A DNA stretch of 64,000 bases, taken from IMG/VR virus record IMGVR_UViG_3300027754_000035, one strand, 5' to 3'. Below, one piece after another: positions 10,801 through 19,686 of the stretch. The position numbers and the translations under genes were made by a program. The stretch's first letter is position 1. Each line of letters opens with the position of its first letter. The notes under the pieces are model-generated. The model was not told the DNA's origin and ran no database searches. It was given only the letters and a program-made list of their open reading frames with translations. Source of the DNA: a virus (lineage: Duplodnaviria; Caudoviricetes).

Positions 10801-11864
10801 ATCCCGCATTGAGTGGTAGTATTCCAAGCACCTACGATCCAGTAAACGAATCAACCTACGTCAGACTGCGTAAGTTCGTAGTTGGTTTCCAAGGTGGTTT
10901 CGATGGTCAATGGCCTGCAATTCCAATCAATGTTGGAAGCGACATCACCGCCGGTAACACTCAAGGTCTTGATTGTACCTCAATCAAGAGCCCTGGTAGT
11001 ATCGGATACAAGCAATGTATTGCTGCTCTGAGTAACTCTGACGAGTGGGATATTAACTTGATTGCTCTACCAGGCATCTTCTGTGAACAACACAGCTATG
11101 TTACTAACTTGACAATTGACATGTGTACACAACGTGGTGATTGTTTCTACATCATGGATAACGTGGTGTTCCCAGCAAGTAACCAAAGCGTTGGATTGAT
11201 TGATGCTGCTATCAACAGCGTCGCAACAATCGACAGCAACTATGTTGCTACTTACTATCCTTGGATCAAGATTCTTGATACCAACTTGAACAAGGTAATC
11301 AGTGTACCTCCATCAGTGGTGTTACCTTCAATCTATGCAGCAAACGACAATTCTGCTGCTGAATGGTATGCTCCAGCAGGTTTGAACCGTGGTGGTATTC
11401 CACAAGCAGTTCAAGTACTTGATCGTTTGACTCATCAAGAGCGTGATCAATTGTATGAAGGTCGTGTTAACCCAATCGCAGCATTCCCAGGACAAGGCAT
11501 TGTAGTTTGGGGTCAAAAGACTCTACAAATTGCTCCAAGTGCATTGGATCGTGTGAATGTTCGCCGCTTGTTGATCAACTTGAAGAAGTTTATCGCAAGC
11601 TCAAGCAACTACTTGGTGTTTGAACAAAACGTTGCAGCAACACGCAATCGCTTCTTGGCAATTGTTAACCCATACTTGGAGAGTGTACAACAACGTAACG
11701 GTATCTATGCTTATCAAGTTAAGATGGATGCAGCTAACAACACTCCAGACTTGATCGATAGAAATATTCTATACGGTCAGATCTATATTCAACCAACTCG
11801 TACAGCAGAATTCATTATGTTGGACTTCAACATCATGCCGACTGGTGCGACTTTCTCAGCTTAA
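7872..11864 (+). CDS. Contractile tail sheath protein (T4 gp18-like) with large insertions
   Basis: N-term SPGVFTREID..GAIVAPFADGP; C-term WYAPAGLNRG, VNPIAAFPGQGIVVWGQKTLQ, LDRVNVRRLL, IQPTRTAEFI. Confidence 0.95.
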   Translation: MPIQEGGRWSPEQSIVSPGVFTREIDQSGLAQGVANIGGAIVAPFADGPAFFPRIVTDVATLEQVFGVADGVYYGPYTTKEYLIQQGVVTVVRVGGLTGYWQKNPLVVYAQPGAWARSSDIGALTTASFMYLNSDNYTANIQYVHSSSAWVIPAAGTSGIPTGPESGISASISLTTKAQVVSFLGSYSYLANINNLSASLSTALTARKLVSITTLNAYAAFSASVVAGSGKVAKNGGSSDYALAAFDVEKFIPKGGFYVSGSGLAQETRSLNSTLNGVCTGNNAVRSWPANSGSYLTASITVSDGQVTWPFVFILSAYPSVANTTGYTFNKLAGSIKNLFAPVVAYDNSFVKFSGSISARFGAAALTSNYPANYAGTGYLSGSQLYGGKQLSLGTVGTTNRLVRKFTAQGPGNTNYSGFFYMSSSAQGQNTDEATQIATAINESSETVFRLSSSKLNMGSTTSDITLAYDKDTFDATSTLIVHSASFASVRSAATCGAALRFLGIVSGAYGPYDGTFVADANGSADPCNPAGDGRKNMVLGVLANTQNASTQFDNNYAVYGFVDSTVAQLTSSVYPYKGNINPTENQYQLALRYNFTDPDGNTTDGTYGYYGFSLNESDNNYIKDVFGADPTVGNPSKQIAGQKVEAAYTYVLFEDSIQRFLAEKTRSTAEGGGWKLQVATAPSSGFSVGESMKFVDQYSYDPNSGDSQFAISNASTPWIYSQQIAPFKGSSDASAHPVKFKLFKVHTLSDGTLSNQKYKIEISNVKLAGTVPGSNYGTFTLAVRSYSDTDKRPKYLEIYQNLNLDPDSANFVARRIGDRYAYITFSGKIVEYGTYVNLSRNIRIEMTDTAYPESIVPYGFESYSSPVDSTLSTFLPAVRYSKASIYGLGPGKYPSGTVFGEVPEASEEIAYLYPTASFGVGVDIDTKQWFKPLPYYGGNDQNGDNIDFDLEAKVWGTENAHYYAQGVAASTGSLLDPALSGSIPSTYDPVNESTYVRLRKFVVGFQGGFDGQWPAIPINVGSDITAGNTQGLDCTSIKSPGSIGYKQCIAALSNSDEWDINLIALPGIFCEQHSYVTNLTIDMCTQRGDCFYIMDNVVFPASNQSVGLIDAAINSVATIDSNYVATYYPWIKILDTNLNKVISVPPSVVLPSIYAANDNSAAEWYAPAGLNRGGIPQAVQVLDRLTHQERDQLYEGRVNPIAAFPGQGIVVWGQKTLQIAPSALDRVNVRRLLINLKKFIASSSNYLVFEQNVAATRNRFLAIVNPYLESVQQRNGIYAYQVKMDAANNTPDLIDRNILYGQIYIQPTRTAEFIMLDFNIMPTGATFSA

Positions 11865-11882
11865 TACTGAGTTAGCTTAAAC

Positions 11883-11914
11883 AAAACCCCGCCCCTAAAA
11901 AGGCGGGGTTTTTT
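11883..11914 (+). terminator. Rho-independent (bidirectional) terminator after the sheath gene
   Basis: AAAACCCCGCC-cctaaaaa-GGCGGGGTTTTTT. Confidence 0.9.
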
Positions 11915-11971
11915 CTTTTATATTTTTGAAGTGTATGTTAATATGTATCTATTAGATAAGGAGTATTGTAT

Positions 11972-13477
11972 ATGACTGAACGAGGTAAAAAAATAAGAGA
12001 CGCATTTTTCAAAAAGTATGGTGTTTATCATCCATCTCAACTGCCTGAAGTTAAAGCTAAAATAAAGCAAAAACGAGAAAGTGGTGCGTATGACAACATG
12101 GTGAAAAAGATGAAGGACACTCTCAAAGAAAAATATGGAGATGAAAACTATAACAATGTAGAGAAGGGAAAACGCACCAAATTGGCGAAGTATGGGGATG
12201 AAAACTATAATAACCGAGATAAAATGACGCGGACCAACAATCAGAAATATGGAATGAATGTTTCGCCCAACACTCTTAAAAGAACTCAAGAACGTGCATC
12301 CAATGGAGATATTGGCTTCAAATCTGATCAATTTAAGCAGTATCTCAAAGATAATAATATAGAGAATGTGTCTCAATTGACGGACGTTAAAGAAAAAAAG
12401 AGACAAGAGATGATCAATCGTATGGTTACAAACATTTTTGAGGGTGGTCGCCTTAATAAGATTGTATTACCGATTTTTCAACGAGACGAATATACAGGAT
12501 GTGATTATGATAAGATGTATAAGTTTAAGTGTTGTAAATGCAACAATGAATTTCAAGATAATTTATACTCGGGAAATATTCCACGGTGTTTGAATTGTTA
12601 TCCTCACAATAGGTTTAAGTCATCAATAGAAACTGAGATCTTGGATTTCTTACAGTCACATAACATAGAAACAAAACACCATAATAGATCTATATTAAAT
12701 GGAGACGAAATTGATATATACGTACCATCCCTTAATTTTGCAATTGAATGTGATGGTGTTTATTGGCACAGTGAAATTGCTGGCGGCAAGAACAAACAGT
12801 ATCATCTTAGCAAAACATTGAGGTGTAATCAACAAAATATTCAATTGATGCATATATGGGATTGGGAATGGCGTTGTAAAAATTCTATAATTAAAAGTAT
12901 TTTGCTTAATAAGATGGGTAAGTCTACAAAAATTTATGCACGAAAATGTGTTGTTAAAGAAGTATCAAATGAAGATAAATCAAATTTTTTGGAAGACAAT
13001 CATATACAGGGAGACGATACGTCATCAATACGATTGGGGTTATATCATAACAACGCATTGGTTTCTATAATGACATTTGTCAAATCCAGATACGATAAAA
13101 AATATCAATACGAACTGTCTAGATATTGCAATTTATTGAACACAAATATCGTGGGAGGATCGTCTAAACTATTTACACATTTTATTAAAAATTATGATGC
13201 AAATTCAGTTGTGACTTACAGCGATAAACGTTTATTTACAGGAAAAGTTTATGCGGGGTTGGGTATGCGGGTGTTGAAAGATACTCCGTGTGGTTATCAT
13301 TATTTTCATAAAAATAACGGCGTTCCAATAAACAGAACTCATTTTCAAAAACACAAGCTTGATAAAACCTTGGAAAAATTTGATTGTGATTTGAGCGAGT
13401 GGCAGAATATGCAAATAAATGGTTATGATCGTATCTGGGACTGTGGTCACTTCAAGTACGAATGGCTGAGAATGTAA
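11972..13477 (+). CDS. Free-standing homing-endonuclease-like protein: KYG repeats + Zn ribbon + Vsr/DUF559-like PD-(D/E)xK nuclease + C-terminal Mom-like GNAT domain
   Basis: KKYGV/KEKYGDENYNN repeats; CCKC..CLNC; EIDIYVPSLNFAIECDGVYWHS; YELSRYC, VVTYSDKR, GKVYAGLGM; SD AAGGAG 8 nt upstream of ATG 11972. Confidence 0.75.
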   Translation: MTERGKKIRDAFFKKYGVYHPSQLPEVKAKIKQKRESGAYDNMVKKMKDTLKEKYGDENYNNVEKGKRTKLAKYGDENYNNRDKMTRTNNQKYGMNVSPNTLKRTQERASNGDIGFKSDQFKQYLKDNNIENVSQLTDVKEKKRQEMINRMVTNIFEGGRLNKIVLPIFQRDEYTGCDYDKMYKFKCCKCNNEFQDNLYSGNIPRCLNCYPHNRFKSSIETEILDFLQSHNIETKHHNRSILNGDEIDIYVPSLNFAIECDGVYWHSEIAGGKNKQYHLSKTLRCNQQNIQLMHIWDWEWRCKNSIIKSILLNKMGKSTKIYARKCVVKEVSNEDKSNFLEDNHIQGDDTSSIRLGLYHNNALVSIMTFVKSRYDKKYQYELSRYCNLLNTNIVGGSSKLFTHFIKNYDANSVVTYSDKRLFTGKVYAGLGMRVLKDTPCGYHYFHKNNGVPINRTHFQKHKLDKTLEKFDCDLSEWQNMQINGYDRIWDCGHFKYEWLRM

Positions 13478-13520
13478 TCTTTGGAGTTTAATCGTATTAA
13501 TATATTAATCTTGACCACAC

Positions 13521-13548
13521 CCCGCACCTAAAAAGGTGCGGGTTTTTT
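13521..13548 (+). terminator. Rho-independent terminator
   Basis: CCCGCACCT-aaaa-AGGTGCGGG-TTTTTT. Confidence 0.9.
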
Positions 13549-13571
13549 GTTTTTCCATATATTTATAGATA

Positions 13572-14606
13572 ATGATCAAATTAAATATTCTCCTAAATGA
13601 AGTATTGAGTGAAGGTGGAGCGGGTGGTCACATGGACCATCCTTTTGACTTTGCTAGCAATGGCAAACAACTTGTCAATGTATTTGTAAAAACAATTGAT
13701 ACATTGAAAAAGGGTACCGGAAGTGTAAAAATTGATGGTGTCAATGCCAGCATTCGTTTAGCCAATGGACAATTTGTAATGGATCGTGGTAGTGCTAAAC
13801 CGTTTGATGTGCAGGGTATGCGACCATCCGATTTGGCAAAACGGTTTGAACCTGGACATGGATTCATAAAGATTGGTAGTAAGGTTATCAACATTTTTGA
13901 CGATGCAATTCCAAGTACACAATCAGAACTGCAACAACTTGGTCTATTGAATAATCCAAATATTCTATTGAATGTGGAATATGTTGAGGGGCAGACAAAT
14001 GTTGTGGGATATGGAGACATTGGAAACTTTTTAGCAATTCACGGACTCAAAGAAATCAAACCAAAAACCTTTGGTAAAACTGGACAAGTAAAAAGTCGTG
14101 TGGCAGTGGAAATTTCTTATGATAAAGATGTGATGCAAAGTTACATCAATAAGTTGAATATTGTTGCCAAGAAATATGGTTTCAAAGTATTGGGTAGTGT
14201 TGGCACAACATTCAAATCGGAGCCTAGTTTGTCAAAACCACTGAATGAAAAGATTACACTGTATCCAGACGGTCAACCAGTAACAAAGAGTCTCAACGAT
14301 TGGTTGAAAGCTGTTAAGATCGAAACTCCACTAATTACCCGTGAGCAGTTTATTGCGGCCAGAAAGAGCAAAAATATTGGTAAAGATTTTGTTGGTCAAG
14401 ATATTAAAAAGATTATCAACGATACTGTTGTGTATATTGCCACAATCAAATTGGGTGATGAAATTTTGAAAAATGCCACCAGTGAGATTGGTGATTTAGA
14501 AAAACACGAAGGTATTGTGATTCGTGATCCGAGCATTTATAGTAAACCATATAAAATAACTGGTAGCTTCATTATTAATGGACTTCAGAGTGGTTTTAGC
14601 AAATAA
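13572..14606 (+). CDS. Conserved phage protein with ligase-like nucleotidyltransferase motifs
   Basis: EGGAGGHMDHPFD N-terminus; KIDG (KxDG), NVEY, EGIVIRD and KPYK motifs in the order of the covalent NTase superfamily. Confidence 0.5.
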   Translation: MIKLNILLNEVLSEGGAGGHMDHPFDFASNGKQLVNVFVKTIDTLKKGTGSVKIDGVNASIRLANGQFVMDRGSAKPFDVQGMRPSDLAKRFEPGHGFIKIGSKVINIFDDAIPSTQSELQQLGLLNNPNILLNVEYVEGQTNVVGYGDIGNFLAIHGLKEIKPKTFGKTGQVKSRVAVEISYDKDVMQSYINKLNIVAKKYGFKVLGSVGTTFKSEPSLSKPLNEKITLYPDGQPVTKSLNDWLKAVKIETPLITREQFIAARKSKNIGKDFVGQDIKKIINDTVVYIATIKLGDEILKNATSEIGDLEKHEGIVIRDPSIYSKPYKITGSFIINGLQSGFSK

Positions 14607-14627
14607 AACTGTTTTAGCAAATAAAAC
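14593..14627. repeat. Tandem 17-bp direct repeat; each unit is self-complementary
   Basis: GTTTTAGCAAATAAAAC at 14593-14609 and 14611-14627. Confidence 0.85.
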
Positions 14628-14644
14628 AAATACGTATTGGTGTT

Positions 14645-15289
14645 ATGAAAAGAGCGCAAAATAAAAGTAATCTCGAAATCATTAAAGACTATGTTGAGGG
14701 AAATAGACCATTTGTTCAAGTTGGTTATGATGTAAACCTGACAGACTCACAGCGTAGAGAAGGTGATCAGTGGGAAGATGGTCAAGGTAAGAAGTGGGTA
14801 ATGAAAGATGGACGCAGGCGACGAGTTCCAAAGGTTGCCAGATTTATCAATGAACAACGTTGTAAAGATTGTAATATGGATGTTCGTTGGGGCAATTATT
14901 TGGACGATCAAGTTTGGCCAAAAACACATTTTTGCTATGATTGTTTTATAAACAATGAAACTCGCATGAAACTTGATGGTACTTGGGAATATTTTGACAG
15001 GGCCCGAGATTTGCGCAATGAACGTAGTATTACAAGTGACTACAAAAAGAAATTTGATGAAACACTAAAGTGGTGTAATGACCACGAAAATAAGCCTCTG
15101 GAGTTTATCAACGAAGATGGTAGCATTGAAAAATGGGAGGGTGTTGGTAGTGATATTGAAAAAATCCGTGCGGATGTATCCAAAGATCTAGAGTTTATAA
15201 ATGCGAGATTGGCGGAAATAGACGGTATTATAGCGGATTGTGAGGCAAAATATGAGTCAGCAAAACTACAGAGATCTAATAAAGGCTGA
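14645..15289 (+). CDS. Hypothetical protein immediately upstream of terminase (small terminase candidate by position only)
   Basis: 214 aa, CKDC..CYDC motif, overlaps terL start. Confidence 0.5.
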   Translation: MKRAQNKSNLEIIKDYVEGNRPFVQVGYDVNLTDSQRREGDQWEDGQGKKWVMKDGRRRRVPKVARFINEQRCKDCNMDVRWGNYLDDQVWPKTHFCYDCFINNETRMKLDGTWEYFDRARDLRNERSITSDYKKKFDETLKWCNDHENKPLEFINEDGSIEKWEGVGSDIEKIRADVSKDLEFINARLAEIDGIIADCEAKYESAKLQRSNKG

Positions 15290-16856
15290 GTACAAGCGTT
15301 GCTTGGAAGATCCTGTATACTTCATGAAGAAGTATGTAAAAATTCAACATCCAATGCGTGGTACTGTTGGTTTTGATTTATATCCTTTCCAAGAAAAAGC
15401 ACTGGCTGATCTGGTGAAATTCGACCTCAACATTGTGTTGAAAAGTCGTCAAATGGGTATTTCTACTCTAACAGCAGCATACAGTGTGTGGCTGATGACA
15501 TTTTTTAGCGATAAGAATATTCTGATCATCAGTATCACTCAAGAGACTGCCAAAGAAATTGTTACCAAGGTTCGTTTTGCAAATGATAATCTTCCGGCTT
15601 GGCTAAAAGTTGCATGTGTGGAAGACAACCGTTTGAGTTTGCGTCTCAAGAATGGATCAGCAATCAAAGCAGTTTCAAGTGCTGGTACTGCTGGTCGTTC
15701 AGCAGCACTGTCGCTGTTGATCATAGACGAAGCAGCATTCATTGATAACATCGAAGAGATTTGGTTGTCCGCACAATATACGCTATCAACCGGTGGTCGT
15801 GCAATTGTTTTGTCAACCCCAAATGGTGTTGGTAACTTTTTTCATAAAACTTGGGTTGCGTCCGAGGCAGGTGAAAATGAATTCAATACCATTAATCTGC
15901 CGTGGCATTTACATCCAGAGCGTGATCAAGCATGGCGAGATAAACAAACAGAATTGTCTGGTATAAAAGGTGCCGCACAAGAATGTGATTGTTCATTTGC
16001 TACATCCGGTAATCAGGTTATTCATATGGACATTATTGAGTTTTATAACAAAACTCATGTGCGAGATCCTATTGAAAAGCGTGGCAGTGGTTTGGATATG
16101 TGGATCTGGGAACGTCCAGATTATTCCAAAAACTATATGGTTGTGGCAGACTGTGCTCGTGGTGATGGTGCTGACTATAGTACATTCCATGTATTGGATG
16201 TGGAATCATTGGAACAAGTAGCTGAGTACAAGGGGCAACTCAGTACCAAGGATTTTGGAAATTTGTTGGTGACTGTTGCGACCGAGTATAATAATGCTTT
16301 GTTGGTAATTGAAAACAACAACGTTGGTTGGGCATCACTGCAACAGGTTATTGATAGAAATTACGATAATCTTTTTTATAGTAGTTCCGATCTGAAGGTG
16401 GTTGATATTGAAAGAACATACTCAAATAAAATCAATGGTGCTGAGAAAAAAGCGGTGCCTGGATTTACCACCACCAATATAAATCGTCAGTTGATCATCA
16501 ATAAGATGGAAAGTTTTTTCCGTGAACGTCATATTGTGATTCATAGCTCACGTTTATATGAGGAACTAAGAGTATTCATTTGGAATGGTGCTAAAGCAGA
16601 GGCAATGAAGGGATACAATGACGATTTGGTATTGGCGTTGGGCATTGGCTTGTGGGTTCGAGACACGGCATTAAAGATACAAGCTGAACAAATTGCTCAT
16701 ACCAGAACTATGTTATCGGGTATCAGTAAAGTCAGCGGTACATCTATCGGTCCGACCAATTCAACCAAGGTCATACAGTCTCCACAAGAAACGTGGAAAT
16801 TTGATACTGGTGTCGCACACACAGGTAAAAAAGAATCATTAACTTGGTTGTTGTAA
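15252..16856 (+). CDS. terL: Terminase large subunit (T4 gp17-like)
   Basis: KSRQMGIST Walker A, LLIIDEAAF Walker B, STPNG, nuclease ADCARGDGADYS and GYNDDLV. Confidence 0.96.
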   Translation: MSQQNYRDLIKAEYKRCLEDPVYFMKKYVKIQHPMRGTVGFDLYPFQEKALADLVKFDLNIVLKSRQMGISTLTAAYSVWLMTFFSDKNILIISITQETAKEIVTKVRFANDNLPAWLKVACVEDNRLSLRLKNGSAIKAVSSAGTAGRSAALSLLIIDEAAFIDNIEEIWLSAQYTLSTGGRAIVLSTPNGVGNFFHKTWVASEAGENEFNTINLPWHLHPERDQAWRDKQTELSGIKGAAQECDCSFATSGNQVIHMDIIEFYNKTHVRDPIEKRGSGLDMWIWERPDYSKNYMVVADCARGDGADYSTFHVLDVESLEQVAEYKGQLSTKDFGNLLVTVATEYNNALLVIENNNVGWASLQQVIDRNYDNLFYSSSDLKVVDIERTYSNKINGAEKKAVPGFTTTNINRQLIINKMESFFRERHIVIHSSRLYEELRVFIWNGAKAEAMKGYNDDLVLALGIGLWVRDTALKIQAEQIAHTRTMLSGISKVSGTSIGPTNSTKVIQSPQETWKFDTGVAHTGKKESLTWLL

Positions 16857-16875
16857 TACTTATACATAAGAATCT

Positions 16876-18765
16876 ATGGATGAAAAATCATTTCAGGAGC
16901 TAAAGAACCGATCGCTATACGCCAGACTCAAACGTTTATTTAGTAACGATGTTATAGTTAGAAATGTTGGCGGCAAAAAGCTAAAGGTCATTGACACCGA
17001 TGAAATTTTTTACGCATCGGATCGCAACTCGTTGCGTGACCGTTTCAATCGACTTCGTTCAACATCGTATAATCAATATACAAGAGATTTTAATCTCAGT
17101 TATCAAAGCAGTCGTGTAGAACTATTTCGTGATTATGACACAATGGATATGGATCCAATTCTAGCCAGTGCATTGGACATTTATGCTGATGAATGTACCA
17201 CTAGAAATGAGATGGGAGATATAATCACAGTTCGTAGCAGCAACGACGATATCAAGAGCATATTAAACAATTTGTTCTATGACATCCTCAACATTGAATT
17301 CAACCTTTGGAGTTGGACTCGTAGTATGGTCAAGTATGGTGATTTTTATTTGAGAATGCACATCAGTCCAGAGTACGGTGTATACATGGTTGAACCACTC
17401 AGCAGTTATTATGTAACTCGTATTGAGAATGCGCATTTGACCAACAGAAATTTCGTTAAGTTCCAAGTCAATCTACCATACGGAAATAAGATCGAAGATC
17501 TTGAGAACTATCAAATGGCACACTTTCGTTTGTTGAACGATAGTAATTTTTTACCGTATGGGAAATCAATGTTGGAAGGTGCTCGGCGTGTTTGGAAACA
17601 GTTGAGTTTGATGGAAGACGCAATGTTGATCCATCGTATTATGAGAGCACCTGAAAAGCGTATTTTCAAGGTTGACATCGGTAACATTCCTCCAAATGAA
17701 GTTGATAACCACATGGAGCGGATTGTTACACAAATGAAGAAGACACCGTATTTGGATCAAGCAACGGGTGATTACAATTTGCGTTTCAATCTTCAAAACA
17801 TGGCGGAGGACTTTTTCTTGCCAGTTCGTGGCAGTGATAGTGGTACTGATATTAGTAATTTACCAGGTCTTGAGTGGACAGGTACAGACGACATCGAGTA
17901 TTTGCGCAACAAGATGATGGCTGCTCTCAAGATTCCCAAGGCATTCTTGGGATATGACGAAACTTTGAGCGGTAAAGCAACTTTGGCTGCGGAAGATATT
18001 CGATTTGCACGTACCATTGAGCGTGTGCAACGTATTATTGTTAGTGAATTGAATAAAATTGCGGTGGTACATTTGTATTCACAAGGATATAAAGACGAAT
18101 CTCTTGTAGATTTTAGTTTGGAACTGACCAACCCATCCACAATCTTTGAAAAGGAAAAGATTGATGTTTGGAAGAGCAAGGTTGAGGTCAGTAAGGACAT
18201 GCAAGAAAACAAACTATTCAGCAAAAAGTGGATTTATGAAAATGTGTTTGGTATGAGTGAACAGGATATGATTGTTCTTCAAAAACAACTTGTTGATGAT
18301 GCTAAGGGTAATTATCGCTTCAAGCAAATTGAAGAAGAGGGCAATGACCCTGCATTGCAATTCCTTAAGACCAAAGGTGATGAAAATGAAGGTGGTGCTG
18401 GAGAAGCTGGTGGAGAAGCTGGTGGAGAAGCTGGTGGAGAAGCTGGTGGTGAAGCTGGTGGTGAAGCTGGTGGTACGCCAGCAGGCGGTGCTGAACCTGC
18501 TCCTAAATTGACTGAAAAGAAGCGTGATCAGACTGGTAGAAAGAATGCTAGAAAGTATCCATTCGGTGAAGATCCTTTGGGTACTTTGGAATTAAATTCT
18601 AGCAACGATCTGAGTCCTACTCACAAGTATAAGAATAACTCACCCATATCTTTGGAATCTTTGGTATCGTTAGATACATTACTCATGGGTTCTGAGAAGA
18701 CTAAACAAGTACTAAGAGAAGGTAAAAGTGTATCGTTTATGGATGAAACAAATATTAAAGAGTAA
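16876..18765 (+). CDS. Portal protein (T4 gp20-like)
   Basis: IASALDIYADE, KYGDFY, GKSMLE, LMEDAMLIHRIMRAPEKRIFKVDIGN, EDFFLPVRG, ALKIPKAFL. Confidence 0.95.
   Translation: MDEKSFQELKNRSLYARLKRLFSNDVIVRNVGGKKLKVIDTDEIFYASDRNSLRDRFNRLRSTSYNQYTRDFNLSYQSSRVELFRDYDTMDMDPILASALDIYADECTTRNEMGDIITVRSSNDDIKSILNNLFYDILNIEFNLWSWTRSMVKYGDFYLRMHISPEYGVYMVEPLSSYYVTRIENAHLTNRNFVKFQVNLPYGNKIEDLENYQMAHFRLLNDSNFLPYGKSMLEGARRVWKQLSLMEDAMLIHRIMRAPEKRIFKVDIGNIPPNEVDNHMERIVTQMKKTPYLDQATGDYNLRFNLQNMAEDFFLPVRGSDSGTDISNLPGLEWTGTDDIEYLRNKMMAALKIPKAFLGYDETLSGKATLAAEDIRFARTIERVQRIIVSELNKIAVVHLYSQGYKDESLVDFSLELTNPSTIFEKEKIDVWKSKVEVSKDMQENKLFSKKWIYENVFGMSEQDMIVLQKQLVDDAKGNYRFKQIEEEGNDPALQFLKTKGDENEGGAGEAGGEAGGEAGGEAGGEAGGEAGGTPAGGAEPAPKLTEKKRDQTGRKNARKYPFGEDPLGTLELNSSNDLSPTHKYKNNSPISLESLVSLDTLLMGSEKTKQVLREGKSVSFMDETNIKE
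18403..18474 (+). repeat. 12-bp tandem repeat x6 (EAGG) in the portal C-terminal tail
   Basis: GAAGCTGGTGG(A/T) six times. Confidence 0.95.
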
Positions 18766-18819
18766 CACAATTCGTGAACATTTTGCAAAGTGAAACATAT
18801 TTATATTTAATGGAACTAT

Positions 18820-19686
18820 ATGCGTAAGAAAGCTAAACATTCTAAGTTTAAGAACAGTGGCGTATTATTTGAGCTACTCACACGCCAAATTACCGCCGAT
18901 ATCTTGGCTGGGCGAGACGAATCCTTTACGAAGAATTTGATGTTCAAGTACTTCAACGAAGGTACTGCTTTGGGCAAAGAATTTCAACTATACAACTTTT
19001 TGGTCAACCAGTCTTCTAAAAATACTGAGTCGGCTGATCGTATAATTGGTGTGGTTCTTCAAACACGCTCTAAGTTGAACGAGCGTGATCTAAATAGCCA
19101 AAAGTATAATTTGATCAAAGAGATTAAGGATAAATTTGATATCGATGAATTTTTGAAAAATAAAATTCCAAACTACAAATTGTATGCGAGTGTATACAAA
19201 CTGTTTGAGAGCCAAAGTTCCGACGAGGCAAATATTGGAGTTGAAGACGTTGTTGAGGCTAGAGAATTTGTAATTGAGAATTTAACAAAAGAGAAGAAAA
19301 CCGACTCTCAGGCATTGGATGTATATAGTTCACAACCGGCCGACGTTAAGTTGCTCGCATATAAGTTTTTGATTGAGAATTTTAACAAAAAATACTCAGC
19401 ACTGTTGCCTGCTCAAAAAACTTTGCTCAAGGAGTATATCACAAATGTGTCCAACACCAACAAGTTTACTGAATTTGTCAATGATGAATACAAGCGAGTT
19501 TCTGATGCTTTGAAGGAACGTTCCATTCTTGTCAAAAGCAACATCATCAAGATCAAGCTCAATGAAACTGTTACTCAACTTTCAAATAAGACAATAACCG
19601 GTGTTGTTAAAGAAAATCAATTGGGTAGCTTATTAAGCGCATACGAATTGATTGATGAGTTGAACAAATTAGCCAATGAAAACTAA
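18820..19686 (+). CDS. Conserved hypothetical head-cluster protein
   Basis: 288 aa, KHSKFKNSGVLFELLTRQI N-terminus; between portal and protease; TATTTATA at 18798. Confidence 0.65.
   Translation: MRKKAKHSKFKNSGVLFELLTRQITADILAGRDESFTKNLMFKYFNEGTALGKEFQLYNFLVNQSSKNTESADRIIGVVLQTRSKLNERDLNSQKYNLIKEIKDKFDIDEFLKNKIPNYKLYASVYKLFESQSSDEANIGVEDVVEAREFVIENLTKEKKTDSQALDVYSSQPADVKLLAYKFLIENFNKKYSALLPAQKTLLKEYITNVSNTNKFTEFVNDEYKRVSDALKERSILVKSNIIKIKLNETVTQLSNKTITGVVKENQLGSLLSAYELIDELNKLANEN

Noticed and set aside
11918-12406. 162-aa hydrophobic antisense ORF
   Set aside because: Antisense shadow of the Lys-rich repeats of the endonuclease (poly-A gives poly-Phe); no independent support.
14593-14627. 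GTTTTAG...AAAAC resembles the ends of type II CRISPR repeats
   Set aside because: Only two 17-bp units with a 1-nt gap, no spacers and no cas genes.
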